NCBI GenBank assembly: GCA_050331735.1
Contig: JBHJGN010000063.1
Location: 1 to 64,000, forward strand
From: Cyanophyceae cyanobacterium
Lineage (GTDB): Bacteria; Cyanobacteriota; Cyanobacteriia; Cyanobacteriales; JBHJGN01
Direction of reading: 5' to 3'
Length of the DNA stretch: 64,000 bases
The notes beneath the pieces are model-generated. The model saw only the letters and a list, made by a program, of their open reading frames with translations, was not told the origin of the DNA and ran no database searches. This document shows, piece after piece, positions 40,064 through 49,982 of the stretch (its first letter is position 1; every line of letters starts with the position of its first letter). Made by a program: the position numbers and the translations under genes.

Positions 40064-40747
40064 ATGACACAGATTAAAGCGGTTCAAACTCAGTATTACG
40101 GAGATGCCTACTATCGCACTCCTCCTCCTGACCTCCCTTCACTTTTGCTCAAGGAACGGATTATTTACCTCGGACTGCCCCTCGTTTCGTCTGATGACTT
40201 CAAGCGTCAGATGGGGGTAGATGTCACCAAGCTCATTATTGCTCAACTGCTGTATTTGCAGTTCGATAATCCAGAAAAGCCAATCTTTTTCTACATCAAC
40301 TCGACTGGCACTTCCTGGTATACCGGAGATGCGATTGGTTACGAAACCGAAGCGTTTGCTATCTGTGACACCATCGGCTACGTTAAGCCCCCTGTTCACA
40401 CCATCTGCATCGGTCAGGCCATGGGAACCGCCGCCATGATTCTCTCGGCTGGCACCAAGGGGTTTCGCGCTAGTCTGCCCCATGCCACCATCGTTCTTAA
40501 CCAACCTCGCACTGGAGCCAGAGGACAGGCTACCGACATTCAAATTCGTGCTCAAGAAGTGCTGTCTAACAAGCGGGCGACTCTAGAAATTTTCTCGAAA
40601 AATACCGGACAGCCTCTAGAGAAGCTCGAAAAAGACACCGACCGTACTCTGTATCTTACGCCTCAGGAGGCCAAAGAGTACGGCTTGATTGACCGGGTGC
40701 TAGAAAGTGCGAAGGAGCTACCAAAGCAGATTCCGGCGATGGCTTAA
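40064..40747 (+). CDS. clpR: Non-catalytic Clp protease subunit ClpR
   Basis: RTPPPDLPSLLLKERI, INSTG insertion, GQAMG and LNQP (no catalytic Ser or His). Confidence 0.92.
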   Translation: MTQIKAVQTQYYGDAYYRTPPPDLPSLLLKERIIYLGLPLVSSDDFKRQMGVDVTKLIIAQLLYLQFDNPEKPIFFYINSTGTSWYTGDAIGYETEAFAICDTIGYVKPPVHTICIGQAMGTAAMILSAGTKGFRASLPHATIVLNQPRTGARGQATDIQIRAQEVLSNKRATLEIFSKNTGQPLEKLEKDTDRTLYLTPQEAKEYGLIDRVLESAKELPKQIPAMA

Positions 40748-40788
40748 TTCCTACAGCCTGAGATTTTACCTAGACGGATAACTGAACT

Positions 40789-41445
40789 ATGCCTGTTGAT
40801 GAAACTCTCCGCGTTCCATATAACATTCCTGGCAGCCCTTACTGGCAGTGGATCAATATTTTTACTCGCCTCAGCCAGGAGCGGATTCTGTTTTTAAATC
40901 AGCCCGTGACCGATGGATTGGCTAATTCGATCATTTCGGCCCTGCTCTATCTCGATTCCCAGGATCAAACCAAGCCGGTCTACCTGTACATCAACTCTCT
41001 CGGCGACCCGGTAGAGGCGGGCATGGCCACCGAAGCAATTGGCATGATCTCCATTGCGGCGGGTCTGGCCATTTACGACACGATGCAGCACATTAAGTCT
41101 CCGATTTCCACCATCTGTTTGGGGCAGGCAGCCGGAATAGCAACCCTGCTGCTGTCTGCCGGGACCAAAGCACAGCGGTCTAGTTTGCCTAATTCCAGCA
41201 TTGTGCTCACTCATCCGCGCGTTGGTACTCAGGGTCAGGCTTCGGATATTCAAATCAATGCCGCCGAGGTCATAGAGAAGCAAGCGCTCATCGTTGAGAT
41301 TCTCGCCCAAAATACCGGCCAACCTAGCGAGAGAATTAAAGCAGATACCGATCGTACGCTCTACTTAACGCCCCAGCAGGCCTTAGAGTATGGTTTGATC
41401 GACCGGGTTCTCGACAGTCCGAGTGCCCTGACTCATGCGGCTTGA
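40789..41445 (+). CDS. Extra inactive Clp subunit (ClpP-like N-half, ClpR-like C-half)
   Basis: GQAAGIA and IVLTHP replace the catalytic ASMG and MIHQP motifs. Confidence 0.88.
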   Translation: MPVDETLRVPYNIPGSPYWQWINIFTRLSQERILFLNQPVTDGLANSIISALLYLDSQDQTKPVYLYINSLGDPVEAGMATEAIGMISIAAGLAIYDTMQHIKSPISTICLGQAAGIATLLLSAGTKAQRSSLPNSSIVLTHPRVGTQGQASDIQINAAEVIEKQALIVEILAQNTGQPSERIKADTDRTLYLTPQQALEYGLIDRVLDSPSALTHAA

Positions 41446-41479
41446 TCCCTTAAATTGTTAACCGTTATTTTTTAAAGCT

Positions 41480-42082
41480 ATGCCAATTGGAGTTCCTAGT
41501 GTTCCTTATCGTCTTCCCGGCAGTTCCTACGAGCAGTGGATCAGCATTTATGAACGTCTGTTTCGGGAGCGGATTATTTTTTTGGCCGAAGAAGTCACCG
41601 ATGGCATCGCCAATGCCATTGTGGCCTACATGCTCTATCTAGATTCGGAAGACCCGAGTAAACCGATCTATCTCTACATCAACTCTCCAGGGGGATCCGT
41701 CACCGCAGGCATGGCCATCTACGATACCATGCAGCACATTAAATCTGACGTGATTACGATCTGCGTAGGTCTGGCGGCTTCCATGGGAGCATTTCTGCTG
41801 GCGGCAGGCACTCCAGGAAAACGACTGGCTTTGGCTCACTCTCGGATTATGATTCACCAGCCTCTTGGCGGTGTTCAAGGACGAAGACAGGCATCGGATA
41901 TCGAAATTGAAGCCCGAGAAATCCTGCGCATTCGCCAGCAACTGAACGAGATGATGGCAGAAAGAACCGGACAACCCCTCGAAAAAATTGAGAAAGACAC
42001 CGACCGCGACTTCTTCATGTCTGCCGAGGAAGCGAAAGAGTATGGCCTGGTCGATCAGGTGATCGAAGGAGGGGCTGAGTAA
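41480..42082 (+). CDS. clpP: ATP-dependent Clp protease proteolytic subunit (ClpP3 type)
   Basis: MPIGVP, INSPGG, AASMGA, IMIHQP. Confidence 0.95.
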   Translation: MPIGVPSVPYRLPGSSYEQWISIYERLFRERIIFLAEEVTDGIANAIVAYMLYLDSEDPSKPIYLYINSPGGSVTAGMAIYDTMQHIKSDVITICVGLAASMGAFLLAAGTPGKRLALAHSRIMIHQPLGGVQGRRQASDIEIEAREILRIRQQLNEMMAERTGQPLEKIEKDTDRDFFMSAEEAKEYGLVDQVIEGGAE

Positions 42083-42400
42083 TATTTAGAAGTGAGCAAA
42101 TTGATGACTCAGGTCGCTCAGCAATACCTGCTGTGAAGCTGTATCTGCGCTACCCTGGGGAGGAAGTAAACTAGCCTAGATAGGCATCAGGAGCGAAAAG
42201 GTTATTCCGGGAGAGAGGGAGATCAAACCTCCTTATGAGAATGTCTTGGATTGCTCTGTTGTGCCTCTTAGGAATATTCCGGTCTGACGCCGCTTGATAG
42301 AGAGGAAACGTCCTGTCTGGGATGTCATCAAGAGTCAGCGCGGCTAAGATGTTGTGTGGGGAAAGCTCAAAACCATTGGTATTGCTAATAACATCGACCG

Positions 42401-44518
42401 ATGATGTCTTCTGTTCTCCACCAACGTAGGGGGAAGCGACGATTCAACTCGCTCAAGCCTTGGCCCTGGCTAGTTAGTTTCGGCTTCTCGCTAATATTCC
42501 CGGCGGTCGCGCTAGCCCAAGATCCTGGGGAGGAAGCGAGAAGCTGCTCAACGCTAGAGTCATGGCGAGCGATCGCACCGCTCGTGGAGACGGCAGAGCG
42601 GTCAAACAGCGCTGTGGGCGTTCCCGCTGGTGCTCAGAACAATGAGGTCACCAACGAGCGGTGCTTGACTCCTCGCGAGCAGGAGGAAGCACTCTTGACC
42701 GAAGTTTGCTTGCCGACAGAAAAAGCGATCACGTTGGGGTTCGCCACTGCCTCAAACGAGCGTGCTCCATCGATGTGGACAAGTACAGCTTCTTTAGTCA
42801 GCGATTCCCGAGAAGTTGTTGCCTGTGTTGAAGAGTTAAATACAGCCCTCAGGGACTCTGAACCGCAAGAAGCCCCACACGTTGAAGCAGAATCTATTAG
42901 TGCCGAGCTGCTGCCGCAAATTGAAGCCCCAGATTTTACGGTGACGGCGATCAGACAGCAGGCAGAAATCAAAAACCAAAGCGATCGCCGGGTGACTGAA
43001 TACCAGGGTGAGTTAACCGCTCTGGGAACGCTCTTGGGCGGGAGCTGGTTTATGCAAACGGAGCAACCCGATCTGACGAGCGAGCATTCTTGGCGAATCG
43101 AAGAAGCTCAATACCTGCGCCAAACTAAATTTGCTGATTTTGTCGTTGGTTCTCAGCGCTCGTTTTGGCCGACGGCAGACGAAAATGACTACTGGGGCAT
43201 GACTGCCATCAGAAGATGGGGATTCAAGTCTCCTCAAACTCAGGCAGATTTCGATCCGCATCAAAGATTACAGGTTGTTCGGTCTAATCGTCCTGAGCAA
43301 ATTCCGGCAGGGGCTTCTGCCCTCATTGTTTCTGGCGGTGCTGAGCGAGAAGTTTTAGAGAATGGCAACTTTTTCGGCAAGCTCCGAGAGTTTCAGGGAG
43401 GCATCGGCTACCGTTACGGGGTGACAGATACACTCACCTTCGGAACGGGCCTGATTGCTCACGGCTCAGTGAAAGGATTAGCAGAAGTCCTGTATGGGCC
43501 GACGGATATAGTACAGCTACAGCTTTCGGCCCTCAGTAATCCTCTTGATGGTCGTGTCGACCTCAATAGCCGCCTTCGCCTCTCTTCCCTAACGGTTGAG
43601 CTGGACTACAGCAGCGCTCGCCAGCTTGGTGAATTTACCGCCGACTGGCAGCTCTTGCCCAATTTTTCGCTGATGGCCAGCGGGACGCTAGAGGAGCTCA
43701 CGACGGGATTTCGCTTCGCTCACCGCTCTCCTGAGTTTTCGACATCTCTGAGGGCCGAGCTAGACGATGAGGGATACCTGCTCTGGCGGCTGAGATCCCG
43801 CTGGGACCAGTTAAATTTAACTTCTCGCCGTTCCCAGAGAAACTCTCATTCTGAATTGAACTACAGCTTATCCGGCAGCGGCAACAGCGGACATTTTTTG
43901 AGCTTGAACTACCAAACCCGCAGCTCCAGACGCCGGGAAGACGATCTCTTAACGATTGGTTGGCGCTATCGTTCCCAGGAAAAGTCCCATCGCCAAAGGC
44001 TCTGGGAGGTGGAGTTAGGATATGCCGCTGGCTCTCAGGGCAGCGGATTTAGCGCTGCGGCTGCCACCGCCATTGTTCCGGGATTAGGCGTCAGAGTAGG
44101 GTATCAGCAGATATCAGTTACCTCGGATGAACCCTCCTTTAATTTGGAATTAGTGCCTAATTTCGACGCTTCTGGAACCGCTGAAGAAGACCGCCTCGAA
44201 CGTCTGCGCCAACAGGGAAGTTTGTGGATTCAGCCCTTTGTAGACAGCAATCGGAACGGTCGGTGGGACTATAAGGAAAAGCTTTACACAGACAAAACCG
44301 ACTGGCTGCTGCTTGACAGTCAACCCGTGAGCGATCGCCAACCGGATATTCAGGAACAGGGCATTTTCGTCAAGCTCTTCCCGGCAACCTATCGTTTAGA
44401 GCTGGAGCTATCCCAACTGCCCGTGGGCTGGACAACAAATGTTGCGGCCTATGAGGTCGAGGTAGTTGCTGGCAGCTATACGTCGGTATTAATCCCGATT
44501 CAGCCCGCTGACGAGTAG
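42401..44518 (+). CDS. Exported beta-rich outer-membrane-like protein with C-terminal SdrD-B/Cna-like domain
   Basis: Signal peptide ending AVALA-Q, amphipathic beta strands, FVDSNRNGRWD, PATYRLEL. Confidence 0.65.
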   Translation: MMSSVLHQRRGKRRFNSLKPWPWLVSFGFSLIFPAVALAQDPGEEARSCSTLESWRAIAPLVETAERSNSAVGVPAGAQNNEVTNERCLTPREQEEALLTEVCLPTEKAITLGFATASNERAPSMWTSTASLVSDSREVVACVEELNTALRDSEPQEAPHVEAESISAELLPQIEAPDFTVTAIRQQAEIKNQSDRRVTEYQGELTALGTLLGGSWFMQTEQPDLTSEHSWRIEEAQYLRQTKFADFVVGSQRSFWPTADENDYWGMTAIRRWGFKSPQTQADFDPHQRLQVVRSNRPEQIPAGASALIVSGGAEREVLENGNFFGKLREFQGGIGYRYGVTDTLTFGTGLIAHGSVKGLAEVLYGPTDIVQLQLSALSNPLDGRVDLNSRLRLSSLTVELDYSSARQLGEFTADWQLLPNFSLMASGTLEELTTGFRFAHRSPEFSTSLRAELDDEGYLLWRLRSRWDQLNLTSRRSQRNSHSELNYSLSGSGNSGHFLSLNYQTRSSRRREDDLLTIGWRYRSQEKSHRQRLWEVELGYAAGSQGSGFSAAAATAIVPGLGVRVGYQQISVTSDEPSFNLELVPNFDASGTAEEDRLERLRQQGSLWIQPFVDSNRNGRWDYKEKLYTDKTDWLLLDSQPVSDRQPDIQEQGIFVKLFPATYRLELELSQLPVGWTTNVAAYEVEVVAGSYTSVLIPIQPADE

Positions 44519-44520
44519 TT

Positions 44521-45876
44521 TCAAGCTAAAACCGGGGCAGCAAGGCGCTCCCCTGTAAGGCTAAAGGCACGAGCTTCGGTAATTTTCACGGGGACAACCT
44601 GCCCCTTGAGTTCCTCAATTTTACCGGGGAAGAACGTGAGCCGATTGCCTCGGGTGCGCCCCATCACCTGAGCTGGCTCTTTCGGGTTTTGGTCTTCGAC
44701 AAGCACCGCTTCTACCCGACCGCCATAGCGCTGCGATCGCTCTTGGGCTTTAATAGCGACCAAATGATTCAGCCGCTGGAGGCGGTCTGACTTAACCTCC
44801 TCGCTCAACTGATTATCCCATACCGCGGCTGGCGTTCCTGGACGGGGAGAATACGCTGCTGTGTTGAGCTGATCGAAGCCAATCTCGTCTACGAGCTTGA
44901 GAGTATTCTCGAACTGCGCTTCTGTTTCTCCCGGAAACCCCACAATGGCATCGGCACTAATCGAGGCGTCGCTCATATGGGTCCGAATGGTTTCAATAAT
45001 GCGACGATACTTCTGGTGAGTATAGCCCCTCGCCATTGCCTTCAAGATATCGTTGTCCCCCGACTGAAAGGGAATATGGAAATGTTCGCACACCTTCGGC
45101 AACTCCTGACACGCTCGAATCAGCCGTTCGGTGAAGTAACGCGGATGACTGGTGGCAAAGCGGATCCGCTCCACTCCCGGTACGTCGTGTACATAGTAGA
45201 GTAAATCTGTCAAGGTATGCTGATGGCGACCGGAGGGGGTACTGCCCGGTAAATCGCGCCCGTAGGCATCAATATTCTGCCCCAGCAGGGTAATTTCTTT
45301 GTACCCCTGTTGGCCCAACGCAACCATTTCTGTGCGAATTGCGTCGGGAGTCCGAGACTGTTCTACCCCCCGGACACTGGGCACAACACAGTAGGTACAG
45401 CGTTCGTTGCAGCCGTAAATTACGTTCACCCAGGCCGTTACCTGAGACTCCCGACGCGGCTTAGTGATATCTTCAACGATATGGATTGGCTCGGTTGCCA
45501 CGACTTGAGCCCCGTCAAAGACCTGCTGTAGCAAATCCTGGAGGCGATTGGCGTGCTGAGGCCCCAGGACGAGATCGAGTTCGGGAACGCGCCGCAGCAA
45601 CTGTTCTCCTTCTTGCTGAGCGACGCATCCGGCCACTACTAGGGTGAGGTCGGGCTGTTGATGCTTGCGCTTGGCCTGTCTGCCGAGGTAGGAATACACT
45701 TTCTGCTCGGCGTTATCGCGAATGGTGCAGGTATTGTAAAGGACAATATCGGCCCTATTAGGGTCGTCCGACCACGCAAAGCCCATTTGGTCTAAAATGC
45801 CAGCCATCCGTTCTGAGTCGGCTTTATTCATCTGACAGCCAAAGGTCGTAATATGATAGCGACGGGAAGCACTCAT
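44521..45876 (-). CDS. miaB: tRNA methylthiotransferase MiaB
   Basis: [27 protein letters not shown] domain. Confidence 0.96.
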   Translation of the reverse strand: MSASRRYHITTFGCQMNKADSERMAGILDQMGFAWSDDPNRADIVLYNTCTIRDNAEQKVYSYLGRQAKRKHQQPDLTLVVAGCVAQQEGEQLLRRVPELDLVLGPQHANRLQDLLQQVFDGAQVVATEPIHIVEDITKPRRESQVTAWVNVIYGCNERCTYCVVPSVRGVEQSRTPDAIRTEMVALGQQGYKEITLLGQNIDAYGRDLPGSTPSGRHQHTLTDLLYYVHDVPGVERIRFATSHPRYFTERLIRACQELPKVCEHFHIPFQSGDNDILKAMARGYTHQKYRRIIETIRTHMSDASISADAIVGFPGETEAQFENTLKLVDEIGFDQLNTAAYSPRPGTPAAVWDNQLSEEVKSDRLQRLNHLVAIKAQERSQRYGGRVEAVLVEDQNPKEPAQVMGRTRGNRLTFFPGKIEELKGQVVPVKITEARAFSLTGERLAAPVLA

Positions 45877-45959
45877 AGATCAATCGTCGAAGTTTAGTCT
45901 TTTATTATAGCGAAAGGGTAATGGTTGATTGCCGATAGCAGCTATTAACCATCACCCTT

Positions 45960-46355
45960 TCAACGGGAAGGCGTACTAATTTGAGAGAGGTTCCAGTCCG
46001 GTCTAAGGTTTTTTGCCTGACGCAGATAGGGATGAACGATTTCTTGTTGCAGATGAGGAGTGTTGAGGTGAATCAGTACGCGAATGCAGCGCTCTAGACT
46101 ACCCTCAACGTGCATTTGTTGTACATCTAAAAGGGGAACGTTGTTCCACCGCGGACGTTTCCTGGCAATCGCCGCTGGAAATACGGCATCAAGGTCAGAG
46201 GTGGTTGTAAAGATGACGCTGATAATTTCCTCGGGATCGACGTTGTTGCGAGTTTCGATGGCGTCTAGCAGTTCTAAAACGACTTCCTCAATCGCCTCAG
46301 TTGAGTTTTCCCAGGTCGTTGTTGCTCCGCGAATTGCTCGCACTCTCCACTGCAC
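45960..46355 (-). CDS. aroH: AroH-type chorismate mutase
   Basis: VRAIRGATT, DLDAVFPA, LRPDW; GGAGG before GTG 46355. Confidence 0.93.
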   Translation of the reverse strand: MQWRVRAIRGATTTWENSTEAIEEVVLELLDAIETRNNVDPEEIISVIFTTTSDLDAVFPAAIARKRPRWNNVPLLDVQQMHVEGSLERCIRVLIHLNTPHLQQEIVHPYLRQAKNLRPDWNLSQISTPSR

Positions 46356-46375
46356 TTGCCAATTCCTCCGCTCAC

Positions 46376-47197
46376 TTAAGGACGGTACATCCATAGGGGC
46401 TGACCACTGGTCCTCAGTTCAAATTCTACCCAATCGAGGGCCGAAGCCATTCTTGATTTCGCTCGGTTTCTGCCCGGGATAATCCGGCTAAACCAAGGTT
46501 TCGGTTCTTCGATAGTTTGACATTCGGCCTTGTCGGGGTCAAGTCCTGCTAACTCAGCAGCCCAGCGGCGAGCATCGGCTTCGGTACCGAGGCGGTCGAC
46601 CACTCCCAACTGAAGCGCTTGCTGGCCCGTAAAAATGCGACCGTCAGCAAAGCTTTTTACGGTTTCTACCTCTAGCTTGCGTCCCTCGGCGACGGTCTGC
46701 ACAAATTGCTGATAGCTGGTATCAATCAGTTCTTGGAGAATATTTTCTTCGTCATGAGTTAATTCGCGATCGAATGCCAAAATATCTTTATAGGGACCAG
46801 ATTTGACGACTTTAAAGGAAACCCCGACTTTATCCAGCAGCCGCTCGAGGTTATTGCCGCGTAAAATCACGCCGATACTGCCGGTAATTGTGCCCGGATT
46901 GGCCATAATATGTTCAGCGCCGACACCAATGTAAACACCGCCAGAGGCGGAAATATTCCCAAAGCTGGCGACGATTTTGACATGCTCGCGCAGTTTTTTA
47001 AGAGCTTCATAAATTTCCTGAGAGTCGCCAACCGTGCCGCCAGGAGAATCAATGCGCAGCAGCAGTGCCGGAAACTGCTTCTCTTTGACCTCATCGAGAG
47101 CTTTGAGAACTCGCCTGCGCGTATCGGAGGCGATCGCTCCAGTAATTTCAATCCGAGCCACTTTCTTAGTGGTTTTTGATTTAAAAGGCCATAGCAT
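46376..47197 (-). CDS. sppA: Signal peptide peptidase SppA (short form)
   Basis: RIDSPGG, SASGG, TGSIGV, KSGPYKD. Confidence 0.93.
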   Translation of the reverse strand: MLWPFKSKTTKKVARIEITGAIASDTRRRVLKALDEVKEKQFPALLLRIDSPGGTVGDSQEIYEALKKLREHVKIVASFGNISASGGVYIGVGAEHIMANPGTITGSIGVILRGNNLERLLDKVGVSFKVVKSGPYKDILAFDRELTHDEENILQELIDTSYQQFVQTVAEGRKLEVETVKSFADGRIFTGQQALQLGVVDRLGTEADARRWAAELAGLDPDKAECQTIEEPKPWFSRIIPGRNRAKSRMASALDWVEFELRTSGQPLWMYRP

Positions 47198-47411
47198 AGT
47201 CGAAAGTATCAATAATGGCGGATAGATTTTGAGCAGGACAGGCTCAATAGGGACCGATGAGCCGCTCATCCAATGTTATTTATTTAACTTAATTGATTTT
47301 CAATCCTTTTCTGGGCAAATTCGGTTTTTTAATCCAGAATTTTTTTACAAAAATACACGAATCACTAAAATTAGGGAAAGACGAACAAATCGACAACGGC
47401 CACTGTGCTCC

Positions 47412-48407
47412 ATGATAGAATCCAAGCTCAAATCAAACCTCGACCATGCCCCGTGGCTGCTGATTGCTCCTTTTTTCTTATGGGGAACGGCGATGGTGGC
47501 GATGAAAGGCATCCTGCCAGAGACGACTCCGCTGTTTATGGCCGGGGTCCGTCTCCTGCCAGCAGGAATGCTAGTGCTAGCGGCAGCCGCTTGGCAGGGA
47601 CGATCACAGCCAGCGAGTTCCAAGGCTTGGCTGTGGATTGGCTTGTTTGCGCTGGTAGATGGCGCTCTGTTTCAGGGGTTTCTGGCCCAAGGATTGGTGA
47701 GAACCGGCGCTGGATTGGGTTCTGTTATTATCGATTCTCAGCCTCTAGCGGTGGCGCTGCTCTCAAGCTGGCTGTTCGGAGAAGTTATTGGTTTCTGGGG
47801 CTGGCTCGGATTGTCGATTGGCGTTTTGGGTATTAGTTTAATTAGTGTTCCAGACGGACTGATCGTCAATCTGCTAGAGCTGCAGGCCGCCCCGATGCCC
47901 TGGCCAGCGTTATTCAACAGCGGAGAGTGGTTTATGCTGTTAGCATCGCTGTCGATGGCGGTGGGAACAGTCAGCATTCGATTTGTCTGTCGTCATGCCG
48001 ACCCGGTGGTGGCAACCGGCTGGCACATGATTTTAGGAGGATTACCGCTGTTTGCTTTGTCGGGTCTGTTTGAGACGCAGCAGTGGAGTCAGCTTGATTT
48101 TCAGGGCTGGTTGGCCTTGGGCTACGCGACGGTTTTTGGCAGTGCGATCGCCTACGGTCTCTTCTTCTATTTAGCGTCTCAAGGAAACCTTACTAGTTTA
48201 AGCTCTCTGACTTTTCTCACTCCGGTATTTGCCCTCGCGTTCGGGAGTTTTTTCTTAGCAGAGGTTTTGAGTTTTTTACAGTGGACTGGAGTGGGATTAA
48301 CTTTAGTCAGTATCTATTTGATTAATCGGCGCGAACAGCTCGAACGTTTCTTTGAGAGCAAACGCGCTCCCAACCTTGCCTCAACGCCTCCGATCGAGAA
48401 GTCGTAA
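47412..48407 (+). CDS. EamA/DMT transporter
   Basis: About 10 TM helices; PFFLWGT, LTPVFA. Confidence 0.9.
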   Translation: MIESKLKSNLDHAPWLLIAPFFLWGTAMVAMKGILPETTPLFMAGVRLLPAGMLVLAAAAWQGRSQPASSKAWLWIGLFALVDGALFQGFLAQGLVRTGAGLGSVIIDSQPLAVALLSSWLFGEVIGFWGWLGLSIGVLGISLISVPDGLIVNLLELQAAPMPWPALFNSGEWFMLLASLSMAVGTVSIRFVCRHADPVVATGWHMILGGLPLFALSGLFETQQWSQLDFQGWLALGYATVFGSAIAYGLFFYLASQGNLTSLSSLTFLTPVFALAFGSFFLAEVLSFLQWTGVGLTLVSIYLINRREQLERFFESKRAPNLASTPPIEKS

Positions 48408-48619
48408 GCGAGGCATGATACCTCGGATAGGTAAGTAACAATACTTAGATTTCATAAAGATTTACCCCAATCTTCGCTAAGATAATGCTTAACTCAATGG
48501 TGGATACCAAGGTAACCCCTAAGAAGACGGTGATTTTACTGATTCCATGCCTTTTTGACAACGGTAGGATTAAGTAAGCTCAGAGTAGTACTGGATGCCC
48601 GACCACCTCCTGTGATGAT

Positions 48620-49837
48620 ATGATTTTCTATCGCTCTCCCCTAATGTTCGCCCTCTGCGTTACCTGCCTGGGCCTAATTTCTAGCTTTGAACGCCATGCT
48701 GGTCAAGCAACCACCCTCGCTGCCCCAAAGACGCTGCTACTAGAAGTAGCTCAGGCTCGCCCCGATGCTTTTGAGCGCAGGATCGAGGAGGGAAACGAGG
48801 CCCTTGAGCAGCAAGATTATCAAACAGCGATCGAGAGGTTTGAGCAGGCTCTGTCTCTCCGCCCCGATAGTGAATCTGCTCAACAATCGTTACGCACTGC
48901 CCAAAGCTTTGCCTACGATCAGTATATGAACGCCGGATACGAGGCCACTAGACAGAAAGAATATCAAAGCGCTCTAGAGAATTTTCAGCAAGCCTTGGCT
49001 GTTCGCCCAGATGATTTGTACGCTCAGCAGGCCATCCGCAATATCCAGAACTATCAAGAGAGAGGCGAGGTATCAGGAAACAGATTTTGGTGGATTGTAG
49101 GAGCAGCAGCGGTTGTTGTGGGGGTGGGCTTATTCTTCCTGGTGAAGAGACTGTCACAACCAGAATTAGCGACTGAGCAAGACGAATCAGTTCCCCAGCT
49201 TGGCTCTTCAGAAGCACGTGGTTTACAGGCACTCGAGCAGGCCACCGAAGGGACTCAAAGAGTTCATATGGTCCAGGAGCCTGCTGAATCCCGAGCTCCC
49301 AAAGCTCCAGATAGCTCTGTTCCTCTACAGCAGACCACTCGCTTACCGAATCTTGATATTGTTAGCGAGCTGATTAAAGATCTAGAAGAACTCGACCCCA
49401 GAAGACGACGCAAGTCGATTTGGGAACTGGCTCAGCGAGGAGACTCTCGGGCCGTTAAACCCTTAGTCGCTGTGATGACCGATGCTGATTCTCACGAACG
49501 TAGCTTGATTTTGGCAGCCCTGTCCCAGATCTGCGTTCGCACTCTCAAACCGATTAATCAAGCTCTGGCCATTTCGCTACAGGATGAAAATGCTCAGGTT
49601 CGTAAGAACGCGATTCGAGATTCCACGAAAATCTACGACCTAATGCTCCAGGTTCGTCAACTGCTGCGCCATGCTTCTGAAGATCCTGATAAAGAAGTGC
49701 GAGATACAGCACAGTGGGCGCTCAAGCAGCTAGAGATGAAGCAAAAACCAATGGCAGAGCAGCAATTAACGCTTCAGCCAGAGCAAGCTCACGCCTCGGA
49801 ATCTTCTAATTCGATTCATTCTTCGGCAGAAAGCTAG
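48620..49837 (+). CDS. TPR - TM - HEAT-repeat protein
   Basis: Signal-like N-terminus, two TPRs, TM WWIVGAAAVVVGVGLFFLV, HEAT repeats (IWELAQRGDSRAVKPL). Confidence 0.8.
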   Translation: MIFYRSPLMFALCVTCLGLISSFERHAGQATTLAAPKTLLLEVAQARPDAFERRIEEGNEALEQQDYQTAIERFEQALSLRPDSESAQQSLRTAQSFAYDQYMNAGYEATRQKEYQSALENFQQALAVRPDDLYAQQAIRNIQNYQERGEVSGNRFWWIVGAAAVVVGVGLFFLVKRLSQPELATEQDESVPQLGSSEARGLQALEQATEGTQRVHMVQEPAESRAPKAPDSSVPLQQTTRLPNLDIVSELIKDLEELDPRRRRKSIWELAQRGDSRAVKPLVAVMTDADSHERSLILAALSQICVRTLKPINQALAISLQDENAQVRKNAIRDSTKIYDLMLQVRQLLRHASEDPDKEVRDTAQWALKQLEMKQKPMAEQQLTLQPEQAHASESSNSIHSSAES

Positions 49838-49849
49838 CACAGCGCACAG

Positions 49850-49980
49850 TGATTAGTTACCAGTTACCGCTTGGTAGGGGTAGGGCTGAGCATGAGAGAA
49901 TAGGGGTGTGGAAGTCACCAGTGACCGGATTAGATGAGCCAGTTACTGGTTACTAATAACGGCTGACTGGTCACTGATTG
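49850..49980. repeat. Degenerate heptamer (STRR-like) tract CAGTTAC/CAGTGAC with inverted copies
   Basis: tagttaccagttacc...caccagtgacc...ttactggttactaataac...tgactggtcactgattg. Confidence 0.55.
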
Positions 49981-49982
49981 AA

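Noticed and set aside
42083..42400. ncRNA or riboswitch between clpP and the outer-membrane-like gene
   Set aside because: No recognisable motif or convincing stem set.
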